Shown here: in pieces, positions 8,264-16,416 of the stretch
How the letters are laid out: the number at the start of each line of letters is the position of its first letter
How positions within the stretch are numbered: the first letter of the stretch is position 1
Assembly (NCBI GenBank): GCA_038727095.1
Contig: JAVYWK010000029.1
Location: forward strand, 1 to 20,976
Direction of reading: 5' to 3'
Length of the DNA: 20,976 bases
From: Thermofilaceae archaeon
GTDB lineage: Archaea > Thermoproteota > Thermoprotei > Thermofilales > Thermofilaceae
Made by a program: the position numbers and the translations under genes
Notes under the pieces: generated by a model
What the model saw: the letters and a program-made list of their open reading frames with translations, nothing else
Databases searched by the model: none
Told to the model about the DNA's origin: nothing

Positions 8264-8811
8264 TGAAACTCTGGGAGCTGGTTGTAAAGCGCGCAGAGAG
8301 GAAGGGCCTACTGGGAGCCTGCTTGGAGCTTTACAGGCAGTGGGTGGAGGGTGAGATAGAGGTTGAGGATCCTTCACCGCCCTCCTCCCTCTTCAGCTAT
8401 TTCTTGAGACTCGACTACAGCCTCTGGCTCTGGCTCCTCCTCACCCTATCCGCCCTGACCATCGCTGTCGTAACAGTTACGGAGGCCGGGCTCGCAGTAC
8501 TTCTACCCGCCCGCTACGTCCTGGGGACGATCGCCGTGCTATTCCTCCCGGGCTACGCGCTCATCGAGGCGCTCTACCCCAGGGGCGACGAGCTCTCGCC
8601 GCTTGAGCGCTTAGCCCTCTCGATAGGCCTCTCTCTAGCGGTTGTACCCCTCGTTGGCTTGGTTCTCAACTACACGCCTTTTGGGATTCGCCTCTACCCT
8701 GTGCTCGCATCGCTTACGCTTCTAACAGATGTAATCGCTTTTATAGGGGCTTACCGGAAGTACCGTTACGTAAGCCTGCTTGCAAGGGGTGCGAGAGTTG
8801 GAGCGCGCTAG
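8263..8811 (+). CDS. DUF1616-family protein, membrane (normally N-terminal) half
   Basis: LFLPGYALIEALYP...LSPLERLALSIGLSLAVVPLVGLVLNYTPFGIR is the DUF1616 hallmark. Start re-assigned to ATG 8263 (TAATG stop/start overlap, AAGGTG SD). Confidence 0.85.
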   Translation: MKLWELVVKRAERKGLLGACLELYRQWVEGEIEVEDPSPPSSLFSYFLRLDYSLWLWLLLTLSALTIAVVTVTEAGLAVLLPARYVLGTIAVLFLPGYALIEALYPRGDELSPLERLALSIGLSLAVVPLVGLVLNYTPFGIRLYPVLASLTLLTDVIAFIGAYRKYRYVSLLARGARVGAR

Positions 8812-9478
8812 CGAGATCATTGCCGCCACGCTGGCTGCCTGCGGGGCAGCATTAGCTGCCTACTCGTACTGGGTGCTAGGGAGCGTACCACTCGTAGCGC
8901 TGGGCATCGGAGCGCTGATTGTTGCCGCTTCGATAGCGGCGACCTACAGGGAGGCTCCGTACAGCGAAGCTGCGCGCGCCCTCCTTGAGGCCTACGCCGT
9001 GAACGTGGCGAGGGTGCTGGAGGAGTTTGGGGCATCGCTCAAAGCCACGTACATCAAGGGCGGCATTGTCCTAGCCCCCCTCACCAACCCCTCCCCAGAC
9101 ATCAACGGGGCTCGCTTAGAGCACCTTATCTCTGGATCTCGGGGCAAGTACGGGCTTGTGCTGAAAGCTCCGAGGCTGGAAGTGGAGCCGGGCGACCCTG
9201 AAGCAACTTTAACTCGAGTTCTCGTGGACACTCTGGGCCTCTGCGACAACGTGAGGGTCGTTCGCACCGGAGATAGAGTGCTGGTGGAGATTGTTAAACC
9301 GAGGGAGCCGGTAGAGGCGAGGCGTTTCTCCGAGGTGCTAGGCCCCTTATCCGCCCACCTTGCAGCTGCAACTCTGGCGGAAGCTCTGGGTGGCGCCTTG
9401 CGGCTGGAGGAGATTGAAAGGGAGGGGAAGTCCATCCGCGTTTCACTCAGGGTGGTTGAAGGTGCTGGAGAAGGATAG
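8798..9478 (+). CDS. Uncharacterised membrane protein: two N-terminal TM helices plus soluble alpha/beta domain (possibly V4R/Bet3-like)
   Basis: Two hydrophobic helices, then C-terminal LGPLSAHLAAATLAEALG..LRLEEIERE..SIRVSLRV helix-strand-strand. Start TTG 8798 after AGGGGTG is preferred over 8780. Confidence 0.75.
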   Translation: MERASEIIAATLAACGAALAAYSYWVLGSVPLVALGIGALIVAASIAATYREAPYSEAARALLEAYAVNVARVLEEFGASLKATYIKGGIVLAPLTNPSPDINGARLEHLISGSRGKYGLVLKAPRLEVEPGDPEATLTRVLVDTLGLCDNVRVVRTGDRVLVEIVKPREPVEARRFSEVLGPLSAHLAAATLAEALGGALRLEEIEREGKSIRVSLRVVEGAGEG

Positions 9479-9707
9479 GCTATTCAACGTCGCCCTCTCG
9501 GCTTTCTACGCCATCACAGTCCCCGCGTTAGCCGCTCTCGGCGAGCGGAGGTTTGACGCTTACTTCTCGGTAATGACGCTTGAGTACGCGATTCTCTACA
9601 CGGTGCTGAGGCCTAGGAGGAGGGGGAGGGAGCTCCTACTCCCCATACTTCTCACCGTGTTCTCCTTCTTTGTCGCGAAGAGGATCCTAGAGGTGTTGAG
9701 ACTGTGA
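9462..9707 (+). CDS. Small (~81 aa) three-TM membrane protein
   Basis: Hydrophobic throughout (LGERRFDAYFSVMTLEYAILYTVLRP). Start re-assigned to GTG 9462 (or TTG 9456) after AGGGTGG. Its stop overlaps the next GTG (GTGA). Confidence 0.7.
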   Translation: MLEKDRLFNVALSAFYAITVPALAALGERRFDAYFSVMTLEYAILYTVLRPRRRGRELLLPILLTVFSFFVAKRILEVLRL

Positions 9708-11518
9708 ACAGATCTCAGTGGCCGACACTGATCCTCCTCCTTCTGGTTGCCGCACATGCTACTGCCTTGCCGCCCAGGCATGTAAACCCGGAAGAGGTGG
9801 CACCGGGGCGACCGGACCCGCAGGTCTTATCCAGCGCTTACAGCTTGCTGGCGGACCTCTTCTCCGCCGAGAGCTACGGGAACGCGAGCCAGCTGGTGAA
9901 CCTGCTTCTGAACGTCAGTGCTGCCCCCGATTTGGCCCATGTGCTACGCCGCTTCCACGAGATTCTGGGAGAAGTCAACGATCTTCTCAACCTTTCCCGA
10001 GCTTACCTGGAGCAGGCGAGAAGGCTTGCGGTCACGGGAAGGATCGAGGACTCGGCAGCCCTACTGAGCGAGGCAGTGAAGGTGCTGGCGAAGGCGAACT
10101 TGACGCGAGCCGACCTTGAGCTCGCCGCTCGCGAAGTGCAGCGCAGGTTGGGCGCGCAGCCAGCCCCCCTCCTCCGTGCGGTGTCCGAGTTGATAGCCAG
10201 GCACTCAAGTGAGGCAGCGGATCTCGGAGCCCTAGGGAGCATGCTGAGTACGGAGCTCACGGTCGAGGTGGAGCCCAAGAGCGCTTGGGTTGGTTCAACT
10301 GTAAGACTCGCAGGGAAGCTGACCTCGCTCGGCGTGCCCCTCTCAAGCAGGAAAATTGCGGTAGCCGTCGGCGGGTCGATCGTTGGGAGCGCGCTAACGG
10401 ATGAGAGCGGATCCTTCACTTACCAGTTGAGACTGCCATACGTCTACAGGCGGAGCCTGGCGGTAGGTGTCCTCTACCTACCCGAGGCTAACGACGCGAA
10501 AGTCTATAGGCCCGCCTCGAACTCGACCGAGATCTACCTGCTGTACGAGACTCCGAAGCTCAGCGTGCGCGTGCAACCCCCTGTAGCGCTGCCCGGCGAC
10601 CGAGTGAAGATCGAGGTCTTTGCCGACCGACCTGGCTTGCTAGTGGAGGTATGGGTTCTCCACACGATCCAGCGAGTCAACCTGAAAGGTGAAACCGCGA
10701 TCGTCGAAGTTGAGGTTCCAGCAGACGCCTCCGAAGGCGTGTACCGCGTACTTGCCGCATCTACACCTAATGGCACCTTGGGACCGGCCAGCGCTGAAGC
10801 AACCTTGACCGTGCGCAGGCTCGACCTGAAGCTGAACGTTACTGCGCCACCCTTTGTTGCGCTACCGTTTCCAGCCCGCTTCACAGTTTGTGCCGAAGGG
10901 TGGAACGGAACTCCGCCGAACTACCGGGTTAAGCTCTCACTAGCTGGAGCATCCTTTGAAGTGGAATCCCAGCAGGTTTGTACGACATTAGAAGCGACGG
11001 CCCCACCGCTAACTCCTACAGGATCGTCGTGGGTCGAGGTAATCGTAACCCCTACGAGCTCCCGCTACAGGTCAGCTCGAGCGGAAGCTCAGACGTTCAT
11101 CGCGAACCTTCTCCTCCTCATACCAGCCGTAGGCCTGCTCACCCCTCTGGTCTTTTTAGCAAAACCCCGCAACCGCGTGGAAACCCCGCACCCATCCACA
11201 CCTCCATTGCCCTCAGAGCCGCAGAGGGAGCTCGAGGAGCCCTACTCGCTCAGGCTCAAATCAGCTGATCCCGTGGTTAACGAGTACCTAATCGGATTAA
11301 GGATGGTTGAGAAAGCAACCGGTGTACTGCTGAAGCCCAGCCACACGATCTCCGAGTACTTGCAGCTCGTCGAACCAAAGCTCGGTAGGGCGGCGAAACT
11401 CTTTGCTACTCTCTCGGGGCTCGCGGAAGCGAGGCTCTACGGCGGCTTCGAAGTTCCGCCGGAGTCGGCTAAAGCCCTACGCGAGCAACTCGGTAAGCTC
11501 CTGGGTGTATCGCCGTGA
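9704..11518 (+). CDS. DUF4129 domain-containing membrane protein with extracellular helical and Ig-like domains
   Basis: Signal peptide, helical region, about three Ig-like domains, TM (LLLLIPAVGLLTPLVFL), Pro-rich linker, C-terminal PSHTISEY...LFATLSGLAEARLYGG typical of DUF4129. Confidence 0.8.
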   Translation: MNRSQWPTLILLLLVAAHATALPPRHVNPEEVAPGRPDPQVLSSAYSLLADLFSAESYGNASQLVNLLLNVSAAPDLAHVLRRFHEILGEVNDLLNLSRAYLEQARRLAVTGRIEDSAALLSEAVKVLAKANLTRADLELAAREVQRRLGAQPAPLLRAVSELIARHSSEAADLGALGSMLSTELTVEVEPKSAWVGSTVRLAGKLTSLGVPLSSRKIAVAVGGSIVGSALTDESGSFTYQLRLPYVYRRSLAVGVLYLPEANDAKVYRPASNSTEIYLLYETPKLSVRVQPPVALPGDRVKIEVFADRPGLLVEVWVLHTIQRVNLKGETAIVEVEVPADASEGVYRVLAASTPNGTLGPASAEATLTVRRLDLKLNVTAPPFVALPFPARFTVCAEGWNGTPPNYRVKLSLAGASFEVESQQVCTTLEATAPPLTPTGSSWVEVIVTPTSSRYRSARAEAQTFIANLLLLIPAVGLLTPLVFLAKPRNRVETPHPSTPPLPSEPQRELEEPYSLRLKSADPVVNEYLIGLRMVEKATGVLLKPSHTISEYLQLVEPKLGRAAKLFATLSGLAEARLYGGFEVPPESAKALREQLGKLLGVSP

Positions 11519-12381
11519 AGTTGCGCTTAGCGCTCCTCCCGTTCCTCTCAGCTCTAATGGTGCTCGCGCTAGTCACTGCGCTGTACCCACCCAGTGACGA
11601 CTTCCACCCACTGAACCCGCAGTGGAACGGGATGGAGCGTGTAGTCGAAGACTTCAAAGCCTTTAGTGCGCGGATCACCGACGCCTACGCGCTCGACCCG
11701 CTCAACCATGTGCTACTCATCGTAGGCCCCTCTAAGCCTTTCACACCTGAGGATGCTAGAGCGGTAGAAGCCTTCTTAACCAAGGGCGGTCGCGTGATCG
11801 TCGCCGACGATTACGGGACTGCAAACCAGCTCCTCGAGCTGCTTGGAGCACCGGTCAGGATACTCCCGGGCGTGTTAACGGATCCCCTGCTCAACATAGG
11901 TTCGCAGCATCTCCCTCTGGCCTGGTGGGGTTCAAAAAGGGTAGCCCTCAACTACGCGGCTGCGCTCAACACGTCCGCGTGCTTCGACTGCAGAATTCTC
12001 GCAGAGTCCAGCTTTTTCAGCTACCTTGACCTTAACGTGAACGGTAGGTACGATGATGGTGAGCCAGAAGGGCCGCTGCCGATCGCTATCTCTCTGCGCT
12101 ACGGAGCAGGCGAGCTTATCGTCGTCTCCGACTCAAGCTTCTTCATCAACTCGATGATAAACCGTGAAAGCAACCGCGCCGTCCTCGAGGAACTGCTCAA
12201 AGGAGCTCAACCGGCTGTAATCGTTGACTACTGGCGTGAGACAACCTTTGCCGCAATTAAGGGCGGGCTCACGGCAGTGCATCGGGTACTCGGGAGCCCG
12301 GAAATCAAGTACTCGCTCGCGGTAGCGGTTTTCGCCCTTTCGATTAGAGAAGGGCGCCGGCTGGCAAGCAAGAGAGAGTGA
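11515..12381 (+). CDS. DUF4350 domain-containing protein
   Basis: DFHPLNPQWNG, FLTKGGRVIVADDYGTANQLL and YGAGELIVVSDSSFFINSMI motifs; N- and C-terminal hydrophobic segments; directly upstream of MoxR. Confidence 0.85.
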   Translation: MKLRLALLPFLSALMVLALVTALYPPSDDFHPLNPQWNGMERVVEDFKAFSARITDAYALDPLNHVLLIVGPSKPFTPEDARAVEAFLTKGGRVIVADDYGTANQLLELLGAPVRILPGVLTDPLLNIGSQHLPLAWWGSKRVALNYAAALNTSACFDCRILAESSFFSYLDLNVNGRYDDGEPEGPLPIAISLRYGAGELIVVSDSSFFINSMINRESNRAVLEELLKGAQPAVIVDYWRETTFAAIKGGLTAVHRVLGSPEIKYSLAVAVFALSIREGRRLASKRE

Positions 12382-13379
12382 GGTTTTTAATCGCTTTCAC
12401 TAGAGCTGCTGCTGTGTCTGAAACTGCGAGCAAACCTATGCATCAAGACGATGCTTCTGCTAAGCTTCAGCGAATGATCCGGGGAATTAAGAAGTACTTC
12501 GTCGGCTACGACGAAGTTGTTGAACTGTTGATTGTCGCCCTCCTGAGCGAGGGCCATGTACTCATTGAGGGTCCATCGGGGCTCGGCAAAACCCTTCTCG
12601 CGAAGCTCTTCGCCGCCAGCATCGGAGGCAGCTTCAGCAGGATCCAAATGACTCCCGACCTACTGCCGGCTGACATCATCGGCTCCACCTACTACGACCT
12701 CCAGAGCAGCGAGTGGAGGCTGAGGCTGGGGCCTATCCACGCGAACGTCGTGCTCATCGATGAGCTTAACCGCGCAACGCCCAGGACCCAGAGCGCGCTC
12801 CTGGAGGCGATGCAGGAGCGGCAGGTGACGATCGAGGGCCGCACGATACCCCTCCCCAAGCCCTTCCTGGTGATCGCCACTCGAATCCCCCAGGCTGGGG
12901 AAGGAGCCTTCGAGCTTCCCCTGCTCGCTATTGACCGCTTCGCCTACAGCGTCCCCCTACGGGGCCCCGACCCGGATGTGGAGAGGGAGGTGCTCCGGAG
13001 GATCGACGTTCTTGACTCACCGCAGATAGAGCCGGCGATTACGGCGGAAGAAGCGCTGGTTTTCGCTGAAGATGTGAGGAGGGTGCGCGTATCGGAGCAC
13101 ATGAGGGAGTACGTGGTAAACATTGTTCAGCGGGTACGCGGATACGAGGAGGTCGACGTGGGGCCGAGCACGCGAGCCCCAATCTGGATCCTGAAGGCGG
13201 CTCGCGCACTCGCTTACATCCGAAACAGGCCCTACGTGCTCCCTGACGACGTGAAGAGGGTGGCGCCCTACGCGCTCAGGCACAGGATCACGCTCAAGCC
13301 AGAGTACCTGATGGACGGAGTGGCGCCGGAGCAGATCGTCCAGAGAGCCTTAGAGGAGGTTGAGGTGCCTAAAGCTTGA
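12378..13379 (+). CDS. moxR: MoxR-family AAA+ ATPase
   Basis: GHVLIEGPSGLGKT (Walker A), RIQMTPDLLPADIIG, VLIDELNRATPRTQSALLEAMQE (Walker B), DRF, GPSTRA, YVLPDDVK..LRHRI. Confidence 0.95.
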   Translation: MRFLIAFTRAAAVSETASKPMHQDDASAKLQRMIRGIKKYFVGYDEVVELLIVALLSEGHVLIEGPSGLGKTLLAKLFAASIGGSFSRIQMTPDLLPADIIGSTYYDLQSSEWRLRLGPIHANVVLIDELNRATPRTQSALLEAMQERQVTIEGRTIPLPKPFLVIATRIPQAGEGAFELPLLAIDRFAYSVPLRGPDPDVEREVLRRIDVLDSPQIEPAITAEEALVFAEDVRRVRVSEHMREYVVNIVQRVRGYEEVDVGPSTRAPIWILKAARALAYIRNRPYVLPDDVKRVAPYALRHRITLKPEYLMDGVAPEQIVQRALEEVEVPKA

Positions 13380-14677
13380 AGCTGACCCCCCGCGGCGTAG
13401 GCGTGCTTCTCGCCGCCTTGAGCGAGGCGCTTCTCGCGCTCATCTTTTGGGACGCTGTTCTCGCATCTCTTTCCATCCTTCTATTAGCCGCCCTGGCTTC
13501 AGACGCAATTCTTGTAGTTAGGCGGAGCCGAAGGTTGTCCACGGCGGTAACGCTCTCCTTACCGCGGGAGCTTCTGAGAATGCCGATCGGAAGCTCGAAA
13601 GTGGTCAGAGTGGGCGGGTTACCGAGCTACGCAAAGCTGAAGCCGCTGAGCGAGTGGCTAGAGCTCCGACGCGCGGACGGCGCCTACGAGCTGCTTGTAA
13701 AGCCGAGGCTCTTCGGCGTCCACAGGCTCTACGTTGAGTGCCTCGTCGAATCGCCGCTGGGGCTACTGGAAGCGGTCGGCAGCGCTAGCGTGGGAGTCGT
13801 GGTCTACCCGAGGGCGTTACCGTTCCTCGTGGCAGCCGCCGAGCTCGCGGGGAGGGCGGTGGGGTCGGAGGGTAAGAGCGGCCGAGGAGCATGGGGCGAG
13901 GGGTTGGGGGGTTGGGGCTTTGAGTACGTTGGATCCAGGGAGTACAAGCCGGGCGACAGGCTCAAGCGGATCGACTGGCGCGCAACCGCGAGAACAAGGA
14001 GGCTCCACGTGCGCGAGCTGACCGGTGGAGGGGGAGGCGCAGTCCTAATCTTCAACGCGTTGTCCCCAGGCCCTCAGACAGCTGACTTTGTGGCCTCAAC
14101 CCTACTAGCTGCCGCGCTCGCCGCGCACCGGGAGGGTTTCAGCCTCTCCTTCATCAGGGTCTCGGGCACCTCCATCGAGCACGTTGCTGAAGCATCACCG
14201 AGCGAAGCGCCGCTCGCAGCCGTCAAGCTCGCCCTTGAGCAATTGAACTTCGGGATCGAAGCGCTCGAGCACGTCGTCCCTCAACCAGCTGCACTCAAGC
14301 TGGCAGCCCTCCGCAGGCTTGAGGCAGAGACCATCGTGAAGTTCCTCGCTGAAAGGCAGCTGGAGGTCGCGAGCGTAGCTGAGCTAGCAGCGCAAAAGGG
14401 TCTAGCGCTCTTCGCGGGTTCACTGACCTCAAGCACGCAAAGCATCATTGACCTTGCGCACGAGCTGGCTAAGCGAGGCGTAACCTCCGTCTTCATTATC
14501 CACCCGAGACCCTGGATTGACTCTAGAACAGTCGGCGAGGAGAGGATCCTCAGAGCAACCCATGAGAAGGTTCTCAAGGGGCTTGAGCGCTACGCCAGAC
14601 TCGCTTACACTCCTGGGGCCGCAGGGAGGGAGATCAGAGCCTACGCTCTAACCATAAGGCTAGGTCAAGCGAGCTAA
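13376..14677 (+). CDS. DUF58 domain-containing membrane protein (MoxR partner)
   Basis: MKLTPRG plus two TM helices, VVVYP, then FEYVGSREYKPGDRLKRIDWRATAR..LHVRE DUF58 signature. TTGA overlap with moxR. Confidence 0.92.
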   Translation: MKLTPRGVGVLLAALSEALLALIFWDAVLASLSILLLAALASDAILVVRRSRRLSTAVTLSLPRELLRMPIGSSKVVRVGGLPSYAKLKPLSEWLELRRADGAYELLVKPRLFGVHRLYVECLVESPLGLLEAVGSASVGVVVYPRALPFLVAAAELAGRAVGSEGKSGRGAWGEGLGGWGFEYVGSREYKPGDRLKRIDWRATARTRRLHVRELTGGGGGAVLIFNALSPGPQTADFVASTLLAAALAAHREGFSLSFIRVSGTSIEHVAEASPSEAPLAAVKLALEQLNFGIEALEHVVPQPAALKLAALRRLEAETIVKFLAERQLEVASVAELAAQKGLALFAGSLTSSTQSIIDLAHELAKRGVTSVFIIHPRPWIDSRTVGEERILRATHEKVLKGLERYARLAYTPGAAGREIRAYALTIRLGQAS

Positions 14678-14681
14678 ACGC

Positions 14682-14690
14682 TTTAATATA
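14682..14690 (+). promoter_or_regulatory. Putative TATA box (TTTAATATA) for the GT2/nucleotidyltransferase pair
   Basis: Only AT-rich spot in a GC-rich context, ~26 nt before TTG 14717. Confidence 0.5.
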
Positions 14691-14716
14691 GGCACTCGGG
14701 GAGTTCTCTGAGGCTC

Positions 14717-15631
14717 TTGAAAGGTAAAGAGGGGGCTTCCGATGAGCTAGTTACCATTATGATCCCCACCCTCAATGAAGAGGAGGCGATAGGACCCGTC
14801 ATTGACGAGTTGAAGGGATTCGGCTGGAACAACATCCTCGTAGTCGATGGCAACAGCGATGACGCTACCAGGACAATCGCAGCCTCGAAGGGTGCGAAAG
14901 TGGTGGTGCAGGAGGGGAGGGGGAAAGCGGACGCGATAAGGACGGCGGTCAAGCACGTAGCGACGCCGTACGTGGTGGTCATGGATGGCGATTACACTTA
15001 CCCGGCGAAGCACATCGCCGAGCTGCTCGAGAAAGCGGTGGGCGAAGGTCTGGACGAGGTGATCGGGGCGAGGAGGCGGGGGCGTGAGCACATTCCCCTC
15101 GTTAACAGGTTCGGGAACTGGGTGATCACGAAAGCCTTCAACCTCCTCTTCGCAACTCACCTCAGCGACGTTTGTAGCGGCATGTACCTGGTGCGAACCG
15201 ATGTTCTGAGGGAAGTGCGCTTCGAGGCGAAGGGCTTCAGCGTGGAAGTGGAGATCGCAGCGCACGTTGCCTCCACTACGAGGAGGATTGATGAGATCCC
15301 CATCGAGTACAGGAGGAGGATAGGAAGGCCGAAGCTCGGGAGGAGGCACGGCTTCACGATCATGCTCGATGCCCTCAAGCTGGCGCTTCGCTACAATCCA
15401 GTCTTCCTCCTCTTCTCCGCCTCATCGCTGATCCTCGTTCCCTCTCTGGCGTTAGCCGCCTGGGTCGGCTATCGCTGGCTCCTCCAAGGCGTCAAGCACT
15501 ACGTCTGGGGCATCATAGCTATCGTCGGCGTAGGTGTGGGCTTCATCTCGCTTCTCCTAGCGATCATGGCTCTCTACCTCAAAAGGCTGGAGCTCAGGAT
15601 CCTCGAAAGGCTGCAGAGGGCGGGAAGATGA
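14717..15631 (+). CDS. Family 2 glycosyltransferase, dolichol/polyprenol-phosphate glycosyltransferase (DPM synthase-like) with two C-terminal TM helices
   Basis: IMIPTLNEEEAI, VVDGNSDDAT, GRGKADAI, VMDGDYTYP (DxD), VIGAR, LSDVCSG, FSVEVEI, EIPIEYRRRIG. Confidence 0.92.
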   Translation: MKGKEGASDELVTIMIPTLNEEEAIGPVIDELKGFGWNNILVVDGNSDDATRTIAASKGAKVVVQEGRGKADAIRTAVKHVATPYVVVMDGDYTYPAKHIAELLEKAVGEGLDEVIGARRRGREHIPLVNRFGNWVITKAFNLLFATHLSDVCSGMYLVRTDVLREVRFEAKGFSVEVEIAAHVASTTRRIDEIPIEYRRRIGRPKLGRRHGFTIMLDALKLALRYNPVFLLFSASSLILVPSLALAAWVGYRWLLQGVKHYVWGIIAIVGVGVGFISLLLAIMALYLKRLELRILERLQRAGR

Positions 15632-16416
15632 ACGCGCTGGAGCTACTCCGCCGAGAAGCTGAAGCCACCCAGGCTGTGATCATGGCGGGTGGCGAAGGGA
15701 AGCGGATGGGCTACATAGGGGTCCCAAAGCCTCTCATACGGTTGAACGGGGAACCCCTCATCGACCGCTGTATCCGCTACTTGGCGGAGAACGGGTTCCA
15801 CCGCTTCATCGTGCTGACGAGGCAGGAAGAGGTTGCAAAGCACCTCAACGACTCGAAGTACGGAGTGGAGTTGAGCGTCTGCATGGACCCCCCGATCCTA
15901 AAGGTGGGGAAGGGGAAGGCGTTGAAGCACGCAGTTCTCCGGGGCACAATCGACATCACGAGGCGCGTCCTCATAGCGTTCCCCGACGACATCTTCCTCG
16001 ACCGCACCCTACCCCTCCGCTTCCTTGCAAGCCACTTGGAAGCCGTCAGGGCGAAAGGTGTCTGGGCGAGCGTCGCCGTTGTCTCTGGGATCCAGCTCCC
16101 CTACGGTGTTGTCGAGCTCGACCCCTCAGGACTAGCTGTCAAATTCGAGGAAAAACCTGTACTAAGGATACACGCGAGTACGGGGCTCTACATACTGGAG
16201 CCCGAAGCCCTCCAACTGCTGGTCGAAATCACCGATATGAGCTCGCCCCACGCGATCGAGTTCGAGAACACCCTTCTACCCTTGCTCGCTCAACGAAGGA
16301 AGCTCTACGCCTTCACTGTCTCACAGGGCGCCTGGCTACCCGTCAACACAATAAAGGAGCTGGAGGAGGCATCGGCAGCGCTTAGCGAGTTCGAAGCCAC
16401 ACGGCGGGACGCATAA
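15628..16416 (+). CDS. Sugar-phosphate nucleotidyltransferase (NTP_transferase family)
   Basis: AVIMAGGEGKRM..PKPLI, YGVVELD, FEEKP, STGLYIL, WLPVNT motifs. ATGA overlap with the GT2. Confidence 0.9.
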   Translation: MNALELLRREAEATQAVIMAGGEGKRMGYIGVPKPLIRLNGEPLIDRCIRYLAENGFHRFIVLTRQEEVAKHLNDSKYGVELSVCMDPPILKVGKGKALKHAVLRGTIDITRRVLIAFPDDIFLDRTLPLRFLASHLEAVRAKGVWASVAVVSGIQLPYGVVELDPSGLAVKFEEKPVLRIHASTGLYILEPEALQLLVEITDMSSPHAIEFENTLLPLLAQRRKLYAFTVSQGAWLPVNTIKELEEASAALSEFEATRRDA

